DNA of 64,000 bases. Origin: Trypanosoma brucei (lineage: Eukaryota). The stretch spans positions 736,001 through 800,000 of the forward strand of contig CP000069.1 of assembly GCA_000002445.1 (NCBI GenBank), given 5' to 3'. Positions 31,000 to 42,700 of this stretch are shown piece by piece. The translations under genes were made by a program, and so were the position numbers. The notes under the pieces are model-generated. The model searched no databases, was not told where the DNA came from, and worked only from the letters and a program-made list of their open reading frames with translations. Position 1 is the first letter of the stretch. Every line of letters starts with the position of its first letter.

Positions 31000-33900
31000 A
31001 GGGAAGTAATGACGACATGGCGGAGAATCGAAGCTAATCAAATTATTAAGGTATGGGATCACGGGGAATATATGGATTTAAGATGTAAAAGAAATAATAA
31101 AGGAAGTAAAGTAAAAGAGCTTGTGGAGGATATTTAAAAAAAAATAATAGATGGTGGTGACATAAGTTATGATTTTTGACGAGGAAATTATGTGGAGGAG
31201 GCATTGATTGTAATGTTTCTTGTGCTTTCCACAACTTCCTCTTTCTTTCTTTCTTTGCGCGGATCTGCACATGTGTTTGTGTGTTTGTGTGTGTGTGTGT
31301 GTGTGTGCTTGTGTGTATATAAATATGCATAAATATGTGTTAAGAGTCCTGTTGATTAATGTTACACACATTTGGTCGTATTACTTAATGAAGAAATAAT
31401 GAAGATATGTGAAAGCACGCGCATGTATGAAAGAGTATGCGTTTAGGTAGAGGAGTAGTTTCTTTTTCTTTTTTCTTTATTTATCTTGGTGCACATGGTG
31501 CCGGGTGCTCATCTGCACTTCGTCTCTCCTGTATTTACCCATCGTATCAGCAAAGCGATATTGATGCAGTTTTTTTTTCTTGTGATTTTGTTTGTCATAA
31601 TCACTTTTTGTTTTCTTTCAAGTTATTTTCATCTTTTTTTTTTTTGGTGGGTTCACCTGCTTCTCTTGATTTTGTTCCTTTTTGTGAGATAACTCTTTTT
31701 TTTTTTTATTCAGCTTTTATCATATCTGCGTATAATAGCAAAAAAAAACAACACGCACACACTCACGTGCATACGCATATGCGTCAATTCATCCGCCTTT
31801 CTTTCAGTCTTTTCACTCTCTCCCGTCGCAAATTTCTTTTTTTCTTCTTTTTTTCTTCTTTTTTTCTTTTTGACTTTATTAAAATATATTTATATATTTA
31901 TATATTTATATATTTTTTTTCCTTTTCCTTTTCCCTTCCCATTTCCCTCAGAAGCGCATGCGAGAGCACACTCCTTGAATGGGGTTTTCATGTTCCAATC
32001 ATTGTGTGTGTTTGTATGACGCACTCTAGCACGTCGCTCTGTTTTTATTGTTTTTGTTATATTTTTCGTCCTCTCCATATAAATTAAATGAATGAATTAC
32101 TTATATTAATATATATTTTAAAAATAAAAATAATAAAAGTAATATATATATATATATAAATATACCATTTGCGCTTTTTTTTGTTTTGCTGCTCTTTTAA
32201 CTAGTGGATCACACACCGAGGAATTTGAATCAAAAAGGAGCCACTTCCCGCTGTTCGCACACTCTCAAAGAAGAAAAAAAAATAAATAACAGATAAGCGA
32301 AAGAAATTAATTTGATAAGACAGCAACGACAAAAGGGTGTTTACACAAAAAAAAAATAAAATAAGCGCAAGTAAAAGAACAAAGATTTATGTTTTAGAAA
32401 AAAAAAGCAAGATGGATGGTGTGTACATATAAGAAATTAAGTTAGGTTAAATTAAAGTGTTACCCTCAATTCCGTTTGCATTTCTGTTCTTTCCTCAAAG
32501 GGGGGGGGTGGAAGGAAAAGGAAGGAGAGAAAAAGAAAAGATGTAACATTACATATAAATATAATTATTTACCTATTTATTCATATTTGTGTCTTATTAG
32601 TTGAGTCAAAACGAAATTAAAAGAAAATTAAACGAAGTGTTTGTGTTGCAATTCATACTGTACATTAATATGAATAATGTTTACGCTTTTGCATATTATT
32701 TTGGTGTGAGTGAGTGAGTGAGTGTGGTGGGAAAGGGTTGCAGTAACACCTGTTGGGGGTTTTTCTTTTTCTTTTTTGTTGTTGTTACAAAATTATTATT
32801 ATTATTATTATTTTGTTTCCACCTCCTTTTTTTTTGGTTCTTGCCGTTACGGATTTATTTTTAGCCATACGGATGTTGTGGGAATGGAGGGTGAATGGAA
32901 ACAAACGAAGGTGAATAACAACATTTACGTTTATGGGATTTGGTTTAATTTTTTTAATTGTCTTTCTTCTTTTTTTTTTTTGGTTGTGTGCTTTCGCCGT
33001 CTCGTATCATATCAACTTGCGTGTGCCTCGCAATATGACGCATATGTGTTTTCTTTTTCTTTCTTCTTTTTTTTTTTGTAATAATTTCTCACTGGTACCA
33101 CATACGGTTCCGACATTATCAGGAACAACGTTACGGAACTAATTATGTTGATCATCATTTAATTCTTTTTTTTTTGTTGTTGCTCTTGTAGAAATTTTTT
33201 AAAAAAAGGAAAAAAAAGAGAATTTTCGAGACACTTCGTTTTATCTTGTTTTCGTTTTTTGTTTTTTGTTTTTTTTTGTGTTTTTTGTGTTTGTTTGTTT
33301 GCGGCTGCGGTGAGAAGTGACAAAAGCAGCGAAACCGAAACGTTTATGCGGGAAGGACAATATTATCTTTCTTTTTTTCTTTTTTTTATTCAGTAACGGG
33401 AAGGGGCGACAGTCGCTAAGCTCACACGTAAGCTCGTGCAAGAATGGTGGGACAGTTGAATATATTCCATAATAAATAAATATAAAAAAAAGGAAGGAAA
33501 AACACTCGCAATATTATTTCCTTTCTGGTTTTGAATGTATTTTATTTTCTCACCATTGTTTCCCTTCGTTTTTTCTTTGTGTATGTTTTTTTTGAAATAA
33601 AAAAAACACGTTTGACATGATGGAAAGGAAAGATATTTTTTTTTCTTTTCTTCCAATGTGTCCGTCAACTTCATATATTTATACTTATTAAAGTCAGCAT
33701 ATACCTATTGTTATTTATTTTATAAGTATATAAGTATATAAATAAATAAATATATATATGTATGTATGTGTGTGTAATCGTTTATTCATATTTGCTTTAT
33801 GGACCATTTTTTGCAGTTGATTCCCGTGCGTTTTATCCCTCTCTTCTTTTGTTAATTCTTTTTTGTTAATTTTGTTCATCTCCTTATATATTCCATCTTG

Positions 33901-34300
33901 AAGAAGCACAACTGTTGTTTGTGTGTTTCCTGTCCTGTGCTGCATATTCGTATGCTACTACGGCTCATGTGTTTTATTTAGTGCGTGAATTCACTTTACA
34001 CACCTAACTGCACTTTGCGATGTTGTAGTCCTTTTTCATCTTCATCTTTATCTTTGTATTGATATTTTGCTTTACTTTTAATTTAATTCCATTCAATTCA
34101 ATTTAATTCTTTTCCTATTTTTTTCTAAAAAAAAAAAATCATCTCATAACTTTTATATCATGCATTCCATCATTTCACCTGTAACTCTTATTACGCTTAG
34201 GTGCAGTGATAGTGGCTCATACTTACAGAACAAATATTAAGTTTGGACCTTAGTTGTAAGGAAGGAAAAAAGAAAAATAAAATAAAAAAATTAAAAAAAC
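31000..34300. repeat. Approx. 3.3 kb AT-rich low-complexity spacer (homopolymer T/A runs, (TG)n, (ATT)n, (GTGA)n, (TAAA)n)
   Basis: No ORF of normal complexity on either strand. Track ORFs here (e.g. 31437-32087) translate to Phe/Leu/Ser homopolymeric peptides. Many simple repeats: (GTGA)5 at 32702-32725, (ATT)n at 32796-32812, long T runs. Confidence 0.8.
31262..31318. repeat. (TG)n-rich microsatellite
   Basis: gcacatgtgtttgtgtgtttgtgtgtgtgtgtgtgtgtgcttgtgtgtatat. Confidence 0.9.
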
Positions 34301-34303
34301 ATC

Positions 34304-35263
34304 ATGATTCCGTCACAACTGAAGAGCATGACAACATTCACTAATGAGGGACGGGTAAAGCCTCCTATGAGCTACAGAGCAAATATTGATGTTTTGCCGC
34401 AGCACATTGTTACCAAATACTTTATCTTGGAAAAGGATAAGGAGACGACAGATTGGTTAAAAGAAGCTGCGAATGTTAGCGCATTAAGGATCTTAATAGC
34501 CAACCTGCTTCGCCATTTTGTTTCGCTCACTACCGCCAATGGAATTGTGGGAAGAGGCGGCATGTTTGTTGTGTCTACCGAACAGGCTGCGAACTTGCTG
34601 CTCGGAAGGACAATTGCTCAGCAATGGACGCGCTACAGGGACACGATGGAGCCGCCTTTCGAAACATTACTTGATGTTGGCGCTGGTGATGGAGGTGTTA
34701 CTTCTCGATTGCAGCCTCTCTTTAAGCGAGTGACTGCTACAGAATTTTCTATACCAATGCGCTGGCGTCTTTGGCGGCGTGGTTATGAGGTGCTTCCATA
34801 TCAGGACCCCTTCACAAATAAAGACGGCTCGAGGCGGTATTATGACGTAATTTCTTGTCTCAATGTTCTCGATCGCGCAGACAGGCCCCTTGACCTTCTG
34901 GCGTCCATGCGCGACTCGCTGGGTCCTGAAGGTATTCTTCTTTTGGCTGTTGTATTGCCATGGTGCCCGTTTGTGGAAGACGGAAGCATTAAGAGACGAC
35001 CATCACAGATGATGCCAATGGACGGTGGCGAGTGTTGCAAAGGTGCGACGTTCGAGCAGTCATTACAATGCCTTATGGATAACGTTTTGGTACCGTTTGG
35101 TTTTCAGTTGGAGCGGTGGTGTAAACTACCTTACCTTTGTGAGGGTAATATGATTGCTGAATATGCCGTGCTTCATGATGCTGTTATGGTGCTAACAAGG
35201 AAGGGAGACAGTGGTACTGCAACTGCGGAAAAAGATACAGATGGTAGTACTATCCATACTTGA
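34304..35263 (+). CDS. METTL9/DREV-family SAM-dependent methyltransferase (DUF858)
   Basis: SAM motif I LLDVGAGDGGVTSRLQPLFKRVTATEFSIPMRWRL parallels METTL9 ([35 protein letters not shown]). Upstream GIVGRGGMFVVSTEQ resembles the DREV N-terminal region. Confidence 0.6.
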   Translation: MIPSQLKSMTTFTNEGRVKPPMSYRANIDVLPQHIVTKYFILEKDKETTDWLKEAANVSALRILIANLLRHFVSLTTANGIVGRGGMFVVSTEQAANLLLGRTIAQQWTRYRDTMEPPFETLLDVGAGDGGVTSRLQPLFKRVTATEFSIPMRWRLWRRGYEVLPYQDPFTNKDGSRRYYDVISCLNVLDRADRPLDLLASMRDSLGPEGILLLAVVLPWCPFVEDGSIKRRPSQMMPMDGGECCKGATFEQSLQCLMDNVLVPFGFQLERWCKLPYLCEGNMIAEYAVLHDAVMVLTRKGDSGTATAEKDTDGSTIHT

Positions 35264-35665
35264 AGCTGCCGTAAAACACTATTATTCTGCATGTAACTGT
35301 GTTGCTTCTGATGGGGGCTCTGATGCGTTTCCCTCAAATCATATGGTGATCTAGCCTACAAAATGGGTGAAGTGTCTTGCCATCATCGTGTTCATCCTCT
35401 ACCGCGTACGTTTACTTGTGTTGGGCATTTTTTCCCCCCCCCCTTTGGTTACATTTGGTCTCTTTTTTTTTTAAGTTATTATTATAATTTTTTTTTTTAC
35501 CCCAGTCCATGTTCGTTTGTGTGTAAGTTTCGAAGGTGATCTCCTTCTGTTTACCCGCCCACTTTTTGCTTCATGGTATGATTGCTTAATCTCTTGCAGT
35601 TGCCTTTGTGCCGACTCTTTTCGCGAAGTCAAGTTTGTAAGTGGCTTTTACAGAAGGTAGCGTAA

Positions 35666-37933
35666 ATGAGCGCACCACCACCGCCACCACCACAACCATC
35701 TGGAGGATTTCCCCCGTCATATGCACCGCCTGCTCCTCCAGGCTTTAAAGCACCCCCGATGCCGCCTGGTTTTAAAGCACCTCCGATGCCACCCGGTTTC
35801 AAAATGCCCCCCAGACCGCCAATGCCGCCAGGATTCAAAATGCCTCCCGGTGGGCCGCGTCCACCGGGACCGCCAATGCCACCACATGCTCAACAGGGAT
35901 CATATCCAAATTACCCAACTCCTCCCGGAGCGCCTCCGATGCCACCCGGCGGTCGTTATGCCCCCGCACCGCCGCGACCCCCAAGTGGAGGATCGGATCA
36001 AGAAAATGGACAGGGTTATATGATGCATTCGGGCGCCGTGCACGGACAATATGACGCGTATGCACGAGAGGACTACAATTACGGAGTGCCTCCGGGTCCC
36101 GATTCACGCGGGTATTCGTCATATCATCCCTCACAACAATACCACCAGGGATACTATGGAGCTCCTGCTGCGCACGGTGGCGAAAATCGTGGCAACCGCC
36201 GTGATGAAGAGGCCCGTGAACCGACCAACACCGTGTGGGTGGGGAACCTGGACGTCCAGAGGCATTCGGATGACTTTCTGAGGCAAGAGTTTCGGGAATT
36301 TGGAAGGGTTGTACGCATTGCTAAGGTGCCTGACAAGAGTTATTGTTTTGTGCATTTCCGCTATGTGGAGGAGGCGCGTAACGCCGTTGAGACGCTTAGT
36401 GCGAGGGGCTCATTGGGTGGAGCAAGGTTTAGCTACGGCAAGATGTTTGACTACTCGCAGGATGAAGGGGGCATGCAGCAGGATGGAGGCATGTCAAATC
36501 AAGGAATGCGACCACCTCGACGTCCCCGTGAGGAGGAACGTCACGAACATGAAGAGCGCCGCCGGCGCCCTCGTCGCGATGAGGAACCGATGGAGCCGAC
36601 TAATGTGTTGTGGATTGGGGACCTTCCCCCAACTATTACAAATGAGGAGCTGAATGAGAATTTCAAGGTCTTTGGAACAATTTTAAATATTTCGAGATTA
36701 GACTGTAAGAATATGGCATTTATTCACTTCGAAAATATTGAAAGCTGTACGCAGGCTCTAGACTTAATGCGTGATCAGCTCATTTGTGGCGCCCGTGTTG
36801 CGCTTAATTACGGTCGAGCGCAACGCAATCCTGTCTCCCAGACGACCGGACTCTCACCAGATGGCATCCCACTTAGTGAAACCCCGACAAATGTAATATT
36901 CGTTGGGCAGTTTGCAACAGATGTGACAGAGGAGGATATAGAAGCTTTGTTTGAGCCTTTTGAAGGGTTCATCAATTCCAAGTTTATCCACTCCAGCTGC
37001 ATCGCCTTCGGACATTTCGATACAGTAGATCACGCCCGCGCCGCTCGTGTGGCATTGAACAACACTCTTTTAAAAGGGGCTCCTGCGCGCATTAGTTTCG
37101 GTAAGACAAATCACACACTTACCATGGCTGACCGCATGCGCCGGGGAAGACCAGCACCTCTTGTGGATGGAGTTGAGGTCATCCCTGAGACCGCTGCAGG
37201 TGCGCCGGGCCGTGGCTCGCTTGATGGCGTTAGCGGTGCACTTGTCGCAGGTCCTGGTTTGAGTGGTGCGTCGGAAAATGGAGCAGTGGTGATGATCCCT
37301 GCAATGGGTGCGGCTGTCACTGCCACCTCGCCCCCGCAAGCTCATGCTTCTTTTACGCGTGAGAGACCTGCTCCCGACATGACTTTAGATGCTCGGTTAC
37401 AATCACTTCTAGGTGCCACGTATAATTCCTGCGGAGAGGCGGAGAAGTCGTTAAGTCCGAGTGTTATTCAAACTATATGTGATTTGATCGATGACTGCGT
37501 GGATGAAGGTAGTGAGAAGCGACTGGATGACGCTATCTTTTTATACACTCCACTTAATTCGGCTCATGTGTTCGGCATTCTAGCCAAACGGATGCAAAGT
37601 TTTTTTAACGACGATCCTCACAAGAAACTTTACATTGCGTACGCAGCTACTCGCGTATTGTTGGCAGCGAAAACGGACTACGTTTTCTTTACCAAGGCTG
37701 CCATGAATGCCTACCTTATGGTATTATTTGTAACCAGTCAAGGACAAACACCTGATGGGATGGAGCAACTTGTCGCCATAATTGAAAGTGTGCGTCGACA
37801 CCCCTTCATTGAGAAACAGCGATTGGATGCCGAATATACGGAAATTTTCCGCGGCCAATTGGAGGAAATCCTCGGACGTGCAAAGGAAGAACAGGACCTG
37901 ACGTCTCTCATCACAAAGAAGAGGCGTCGGTAA
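35666..37933 (+). CDS. RNA-binding protein with three RRM domains, proline-rich repeat N-terminus, helical C-terminal domain
   Basis: RRM-like RNP motifs: NTVWVGNL...KSYCFVHF (RRM1), NVLWIGDLP...KNMAFIHF (RRM2), NVIFVGQF...SSCIAFGHF (RRM3). N-terminal tandem PPGFK(A/M)PPMPPGFK repeats at 35741-35852. Arg/Glu-rich linker. Confidence 0.8.
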   Translation: MSAPPPPPPQPSGGFPPSYAPPAPPGFKAPPMPPGFKAPPMPPGFKMPPRPPMPPGFKMPPGGPRPPGPPMPPHAQQGSYPNYPTPPGAPPMPPGGRYAPAPPRPPSGGSDQENGQGYMMHSGAVHGQYDAYAREDYNYGVPPGPDSRGYSSYHPSQQYHQGYYGAPAAHGGENRGNRRDEEAREPTNTVWVGNLDVQRHSDDFLRQEFREFGRVVRIAKVPDKSYCFVHFRYVEEARNAVETLSARGSLGGARFSYGKMFDYSQDEGGMQQDGGMSNQGMRPPRRPREEERHEHEERRRRPRRDEEPMEPTNVLWIGDLPPTITNEELNENFKVFGTILNISRLDCKNMAFIHFENIESCTQALDLMRDQLICGARVALNYGRAQRNPVSQTTGLSPDGIPLSETPTNVIFVGQFATDVTEEDIEALFEPFEGFINSKFIHSSCIAFGHFDTVDHARAARVALNNTLLKGAPARISFGKTNHTLTMADRMRRGRPAPLVDGVEVIPETAAGAPGRGSLDGVSGALVAGPGLSGASENGAVVMIPAMGAAVTATSPPQAHASFTRERPAPDMTLDARLQSLLGATYNSCGEAEKSLSPSVIQTICDLIDDCVDEGSEKRLDDAIFLYTPLNSAHVFGILAKRMQSFFNDDPHKKLYIAYAATRVLLAAKTDYVFFTKAAMNAYLMVLFVTSQGQTPDGMEQLVAIIESVRRHPFIEKQRLDAEYTEIFRGQLEEILGRAKEEQDLTSLITKKRRR

Positions 37934-38023
37934 ATATGATTGGATTTGATGATTTGGTTGTACTGCTGTTGTGCGGTCATGGAAGTGTTTGAAAATGGGG
38001 GAGGGAAATGAAGAGGAAAAGCA

Positions 38024-38095
38024 AGCAAGCAAACAAACAAACAAACAAACAAACGAACGAACAACAACAACAACAACAACAAAAACCGAGTGAAC
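38024..38095. repeat. (CAAA)n / (CGAA)n / (CAA)n compound microsatellite
   Basis: caagcaagcaaacaaacaaacaaacaaacaaacgaacgaacaacaacaacaacaacaacaaaaacc in the 3' flank of the RRM gene. Confidence 0.9.
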
Positions 38096-39699
38096 AAGAA
38101 TGACGCTGAAGGTATGTGTGTTAGGCGTGTAAAAAGAGTTGATTAGTGAAGAGATAAATTTTTTTAAAAAAGGGAAAATACATACGAAAGAAAGAAAGGA
38201 AGGAAACAAAAAAAAACAAAAAAAGCTGAATGCATGAAGAATGGTATTAAATAAAGATAACGCTTACTAGGAAAACACTTTGACGGAAACTGGGGAGAAT
38301 CGGATACTGAGGAAAAGAAAATGGTGAGCGCAGGTATTGCGTTTGGGAAGGACATCACAAAAAAAGTATGATGACGTGAGTACACTGCGACTGCCGCAAC
38401 GAAGCAGTAAAGTATGTTAAGTGCGGCGATGTTTTCTTTTTCTTTTTCCTTCCGATTATTTTGCGTGAGTTTACTGTACTCTATATATCTAATCCTGTGG
38501 TGCTGCTGTTGTTTTCACGTTGTGTTCTTGTTTTGTCTTTTCTGACGCGCAGACGAACCCTATTGGCAGTAAGGATGGCAAGGCGTGTTGGCGGGTGAAG
38601 ATTTCAAAAAAATAAAATAAAATAATAACAATAATGATTGAATTTTACCATGAAAATACGACACGGTGTGAATGAAGTAGAGAGGAGAATATATTATAAG
38701 TTTGTTCAGGCTATGATTTGTTTTTTTTCTCTTTAATCGTCATTATTACTATGGTATTTGTAAGCAATAAACGTAAGTGTGTTCGTGCGTCTGTTGCAAT
38801 CACACTCTCTGATCAAATATCTTCTGTTCTTTTTTTTTTCCCCCTCACTGGCTTTCCTTCCCATCTCGGCCTTCTTTGTTTTCTTGTGTGGTGTTGCTTA
38901 CCAGCATGCAAACAAATAATAATAATAATGATAACAATAATAATGTTGCGATTACTGACATGTAAACCTGCATACATACAAAAAATACAAAACAAGAAAC
39001 ACATACACATCAAACTAAATTATTTATGATATAAACCAACGTAAAACAAAATATTCAATGAATAACTACATAAATATACTTCTAATATATATATATATAT
39101 GTATAAGCTGTCTCTAGGTTGCCTTCGTTTACACCCTCTTACAGCTCGCGTGTGGATTCGTTTCCTTTGCCTTGTTGATTTGATATCTACTCTGTTAGTA
39201 TTTGCTCCGGTGTCTCTGTGTGCCTGTCTCGCTTCAACAACAACAACAAAATATATCCACATCTTCAGGAACATACCCGCATCTTCTCGTGCACGTGAAT
39301 ATTATTTATGATTGAACACTTGTATTTGCACCTACAAATGCATGTACATTTACATATATTATCGGTCAACTGGGTGCTGTTGCGGTGATGTTCGATGAGA
39401 GTTTTTGAGTAGAGTCGCACTAAAAAAAAAATGCACGGATTTCTCTTCTCTCGCTCATGCTTGATTCCTTCTCATCATTAACTGGCTGCGTTCTTTCCTT
39501 CATTCCTTCATATATTCAGTGTTGATTGGCCATTGTTTTTCTTTGTGGTTCCCGTACCTGATGCCTGGGGGTGGATCATCATTACCAGTTGTGTAATTAC
39601 AGGTGTGTTTTCAATTTCGTCATGCACTGAAGCCCGGATTTACTTTTTGCTGAAGGGTACGAAATATCCTTATGTGGTGTCTACGCTCGCTAAAACTAA

Positions 39700-39742
39700 A
39701 AAAAAAAGAAAGGAAGGAAGGAAGGAAGGAAGGAAGGAAGGA
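39700..39742. repeat. (GGAA)n microsatellite
   Basis: aaggaaggaaggaaggaaggaaggaaggaggagg. Confidence 0.9.
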
Positions 39743-42364
39743 GGAGGAAAAGAAAAAAAAAGAGGAATAAACAGCAACGGCGGAGGATCCAGAAAAAATT
39801 GTTTTGGGACATGACGAGCAAATGTGGTGCGCGGACGTTCATTTCTGAGGGAACTTATTGGATTTTTGTGCCGCATGAGTTACGTTAAGGCGTGTGTTGG
39901 ATGGGGAGATGCTTTTCAGTTCCTGGAGTTTACCGGTGGCGAATTCTAAAAGAGACTCGTCGGTTGTAGCATTTGGACATAGGTAATGCAGTTGTCATGT
40001 AACTTCATGCCTTCTCATTACCCATTTAAAAAAAAAATGAATGAGAATAAACAATGTTTTCCGGAAGCTGAAGAAAAAGAGTGGAGGGGTAAAGTGGGTA
40101 ACTGGAAGTCAAAAGCAACGTGTTTAGTGAGTTTTTTTTTTGTGGTAGTGGTGGTGGATTATTTCATCAGTTGCAAGACCGTCGCTGTTATTTTTGTGGT
40201 TTGAAAATTTCTCGTTCCGTTATTTGAAACTTCATGTGATGGTTTGGGAAACTGCTCCTCTTCCTGTAGGTGATAATTATTCTTTTAATTTTCCTTTTTT
40301 TTTTCTTTTTTTTTTGGGGGGGGGGGAGGGGGACGAGGAGAGGCTTGGTTTGCCAAGTGTATGTGTGCACTAAACAATATTTGCGCTGCATTTAATGATT
40401 GAAGAAGTTGAGAAATGCGGTTAATTTGCAAAGAAAGAGTGAGGGAAAGGGGAGATTGTTTTTTTTTTGTGAATCTTCACAATGGGGGACACGACCTCGT
40501 TTCTTTTTTTTTTTTTGTGCTGGTTTGAGGTTTATGGTTCGTCGACATTTTAAATATATATATATATATATATGTATTCTCCTTGTGCTGAACGCTTTGA
40601 CTAATTTTTCTTTGGTTTTTTAAAAACCATGTGAGTCTTACGGACTCCAATCTGCTTTACCTCTTGTTACTTGAGGCGCCTTTGTATGACATTGTTGGAA
40701 CTATATAAATATATATATATTTATGATTTTTTTTTTTTGTAGAGTCAATGGTTTTCGTTTCTGATAATTGATTTTGGTGGAAGGGCATAATAATCAAAGA
40801 GATGTCCGTGGAATTTGAAGAAGTACAAAAAGATAACCCGGTTAGTCAAGTGTTGTACGACCGTTCCCGTTTTATGCTCTGAGGCTTTTTGTTCTAAAAG
40901 GAACTAAAAAAATAACAATAATAATATAACAATAATCAGAAGCGTACGCAACCTTAACGAATGTTCCACCGACGTGCTTCGCTGAGTATTTTTATACATT
41001 TGTGAATGCACGTGTAGTGGAGGATGGGGAGGGGGTTTAATACTTCAATTCCGTTTCCCCCTTTGTTTGGTGAAGGTGCAGCGCCGTAAAATTATAAATA
41101 CTTTCTAGGGTTAAAATGGTATTATAACTTCCCTTTATTAATCCTGAGAGTGTATTGTAAGAATATCATCTGCCGCTAATGGATCCCTGTAATTCTATGA
41201 TTGTTCGCTAAGCCTGTAATTGCATTGGACAAGTAAAAACAGGATTGTGTACACAAACCGTCTAGTTGTGTTACTTTATTAAAGGGATCTATATTTTTTC
41301 CCCTTGAAAACCAGCGTTATGAACGTTTTACGACTTAGGATTACATAGTGTTAATTATGTACGGATTGCCCTATATAAACACACTTTCTTCCCCAATATT
41401 ATACAGCTATCTGCAAGGTGGTGTAGGTGTGTTAGAAAAAAGTACGTTTTAAGATATCAAAGATGTTGATGCATACATGATTAATCTTCTCTGAGGTAGA
41501 GTGGGTAACAAATATCAGGACATTTATGGAATTTGTTTGTAAAAAGGGGCTGACGCCTTTTTCTTTCGACTTTCGGCCAGCACTGAACCCGAGAACTGCA
41601 TGCCATGCGGATGATATGTTGACAACCGATGTTGAAAACCCTAATAGTGTTTACTTTGACAGAGAACGTAAAATGGATCTGGGATCGCTGAGGCAATTGA
41701 TGGTAAGTTTTGTGTTGCCTAGAAACTCAGATTTCTTAAAAGCTTTTTTAAGTGGCGGGAGAAGCACTGCGTGCGGAATGAGCTGCGTTAGAAGCCGGAG
41801 AATGAGCACTTTATTATCGGTTTGAAAGTGCATGTGCACAACTCTCCGACGAGAATGTTCGAGTGCAGCACGAATCAAATGAGCATCTGGGTTGGATGCA
41901 ACAACAGCTCACATATATGCAAGAAACAAAAGCACAGCAAGCAGCGGAAATTGGAGGTCTACGTACAATCGATTTCTACGATACGGCAAAAATTGGTCAT
42001 AACTGAAGGTAAGAGAGATAAGACAGGGGAGTGTCAGGAACAACAGAGCAAATCGGAAACAGGGAAGGCCAAACATATAGATGAATGTGCATGGAAAGGC
42101 TGTTTCTCATCGTAAGAAGTAACTTAACCTTTTTCACATAGGGTTTGATTTCGAGGGATCCAGGAATTACGGGCAAATGCATTGGGCTTTCCTGGAGGAG
42201 TAAGCACTGAAGAAAAAATTCGAACTTTTGATGGAATGATGAAATATCTCCAAGGAAGGACTCCTGAATAACTGTTATCAGCATATCAGTTAGTGTTTCC
42301 CACGCCAACAATATCGCCGGGACAGGTATATACCGAGGCATAAAAAAACTTCGCATCATAGGTA

Positions 42365-42700
42365 TTGCGCCTGCACCAAGACGGCATATCGAAGGAACGC
42401 CTCCAACTAGGAAAACAATTGTATGATAAGCTGTGCACAGTACAAACGGTAAAAGACTACCCGGGGCTGAGGTTTAAAGACATAAAGGAAACTATCGAAT
42501 TCCATCTCAAAAAGGGTGATATTTACATTCAGGCCACTATGAAGGCGAGACGACAACAACAACAACAAATCGGTGTCCCTCCGAGAAGGTCTCAATGTTT
42601 CACATGCGGACAATTGGGGCATTACAGCAATACTTGTGGGGTGTTCAAACATAAACTGAACACACGTCAAAAAAGAGACATTCGGCCCCAGAAGCAATGA
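42365..42700 (+). pseudogene. gag-like ORF fragment with CCHC zinc knuckle (part of the retroelement)
   Basis: CX2CX4HX4C motif CFTCGQLGHYSNTC preceded by a basic/Gln-rich stretch (KARRQQQQQ). Typical of retroelement nucleocapsid. Confidence 0.5.

Noticed and set aside
31437-32087. 216 aa + strand ORF (and 31486-31692) in the long spacer
   Set aside because: The translation is almost pure Phe/Leu/Ser/Ile low complexity. It derives from T-runs and simple repeats, not a protein.
38361-38440. Possible C/D snoRNA (TGATGA at 38369)
   Set aside because: No properly spaced D box (CTGA) or terminal stem could be found downstream. A single C-box-like hexamer is expected by chance.
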